The notes under the pieces were generated by a model. It was not told where the DNA came from and searched no databases. It worked only from the letters and a program-made list of their open reading frames with translations. A DNA stretch of 64,000 bases from Hormiphora californensis. Its lineage: Eukaryota > Animalia > Ctenophora. Position numbers and translations under genes: made by a program. The stretch lies in the NCBI GenBank assembly GCA_020137815.1, contig CM035350.1:5332001-5396000 (forward strand). The letters run 5' to 3'. Below, one piece after another: positions 63,534 to 64,000 of the stretch (its first letter is position 1; each line of letters begins with the position of its first letter).

Positions 63534-64000
63534 AGATGAGAGAGAGGACAAGGAGAGAGAGGGAGGAGAGAGAAGAGAGAGAGATTGAGAGAGAGAGAGA
63601 GAGGAGAGGAGAGAGAGAGAGAGGAGGAGTGAGAGAGAGAGAGAGAGGGAGAGAGGGAGAGAGGGATAGAGAGAGATAGAGATGGAGAGAGGGGGTTTGC
63701 TGTGACGCACCCACTGTTATGCCAGACGTCACGAGATCGCGAGAAAAATATCTTATACCATCTCGGGCATTTGACAGGAAATGTCTCGCCTCACAAGACA
63801 CTTAATGAAACAGCCAGATATAATTATAAGAGTTCAATAAAGTCGAATTTTTTAATCAAGGGACAGGGGGCCGCACATTCAGAGGGGTCGCGCGGCTTTG
63901 TATTTGCGCGTGATACTCGAGATCAAGTTCCTGGCAATCTTAAGACTTGAACCCAGAAGCGTTGGAAAGATAATTTTAAGACCTTTTCAACGCAACCAAA

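Overview
Eukaryotic (animal) draft-genome window. It is probably a ctenophore, but that is inference from the stand-alone collagen-IV NC1 gene, the LDLa-7TM receptor and the compact GT-AG introns. Host genes: an unknown 3-exon protein with 7x48-aa repeats and a His-rich tail (3902-6462 +); a secreted NC1-only protein with no Gly-X-Y helix (21078-22630 +); an integrin alpha (32737-24015 -); tandem two-domain glutaredoxin paralogues (33625-34716 intact, 35213-42209 disrupted); NEK1-like kinase (59159-42869 -), whose 5.7-kb last intron holds an antisense, frameshifted LDLa-repeat GPCR; and the 3' end of a DNAH5/8-type axonemal dynein heavy chain. The most striking element is a nearly full-length CR1-group LINE (35472-41124 -) inserted in glutaredoxin copy B. 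Its intact ORF1 fuses an AlkB-type 2OG-Fe(II) dioxygenase to an SGNH esterase. Its ORF2 starts with a hydrophobic leader ending in a degenerate 2A-like NPGP and is broken by a perfect 154-bp palindrome. The window also has an RTE LINE split by two long fold-back DNA elements, and many non-autonomous elements with readable target-site duplications (TSDs) of 2, 4, 5, 8 and 9 bp, TTAA and TA. An assembly gap, low-quality sequence near 1.1-1.6 kb and 2.8-2.9 kb, and 1-bp indels in dynein show that sequencing errors are present.
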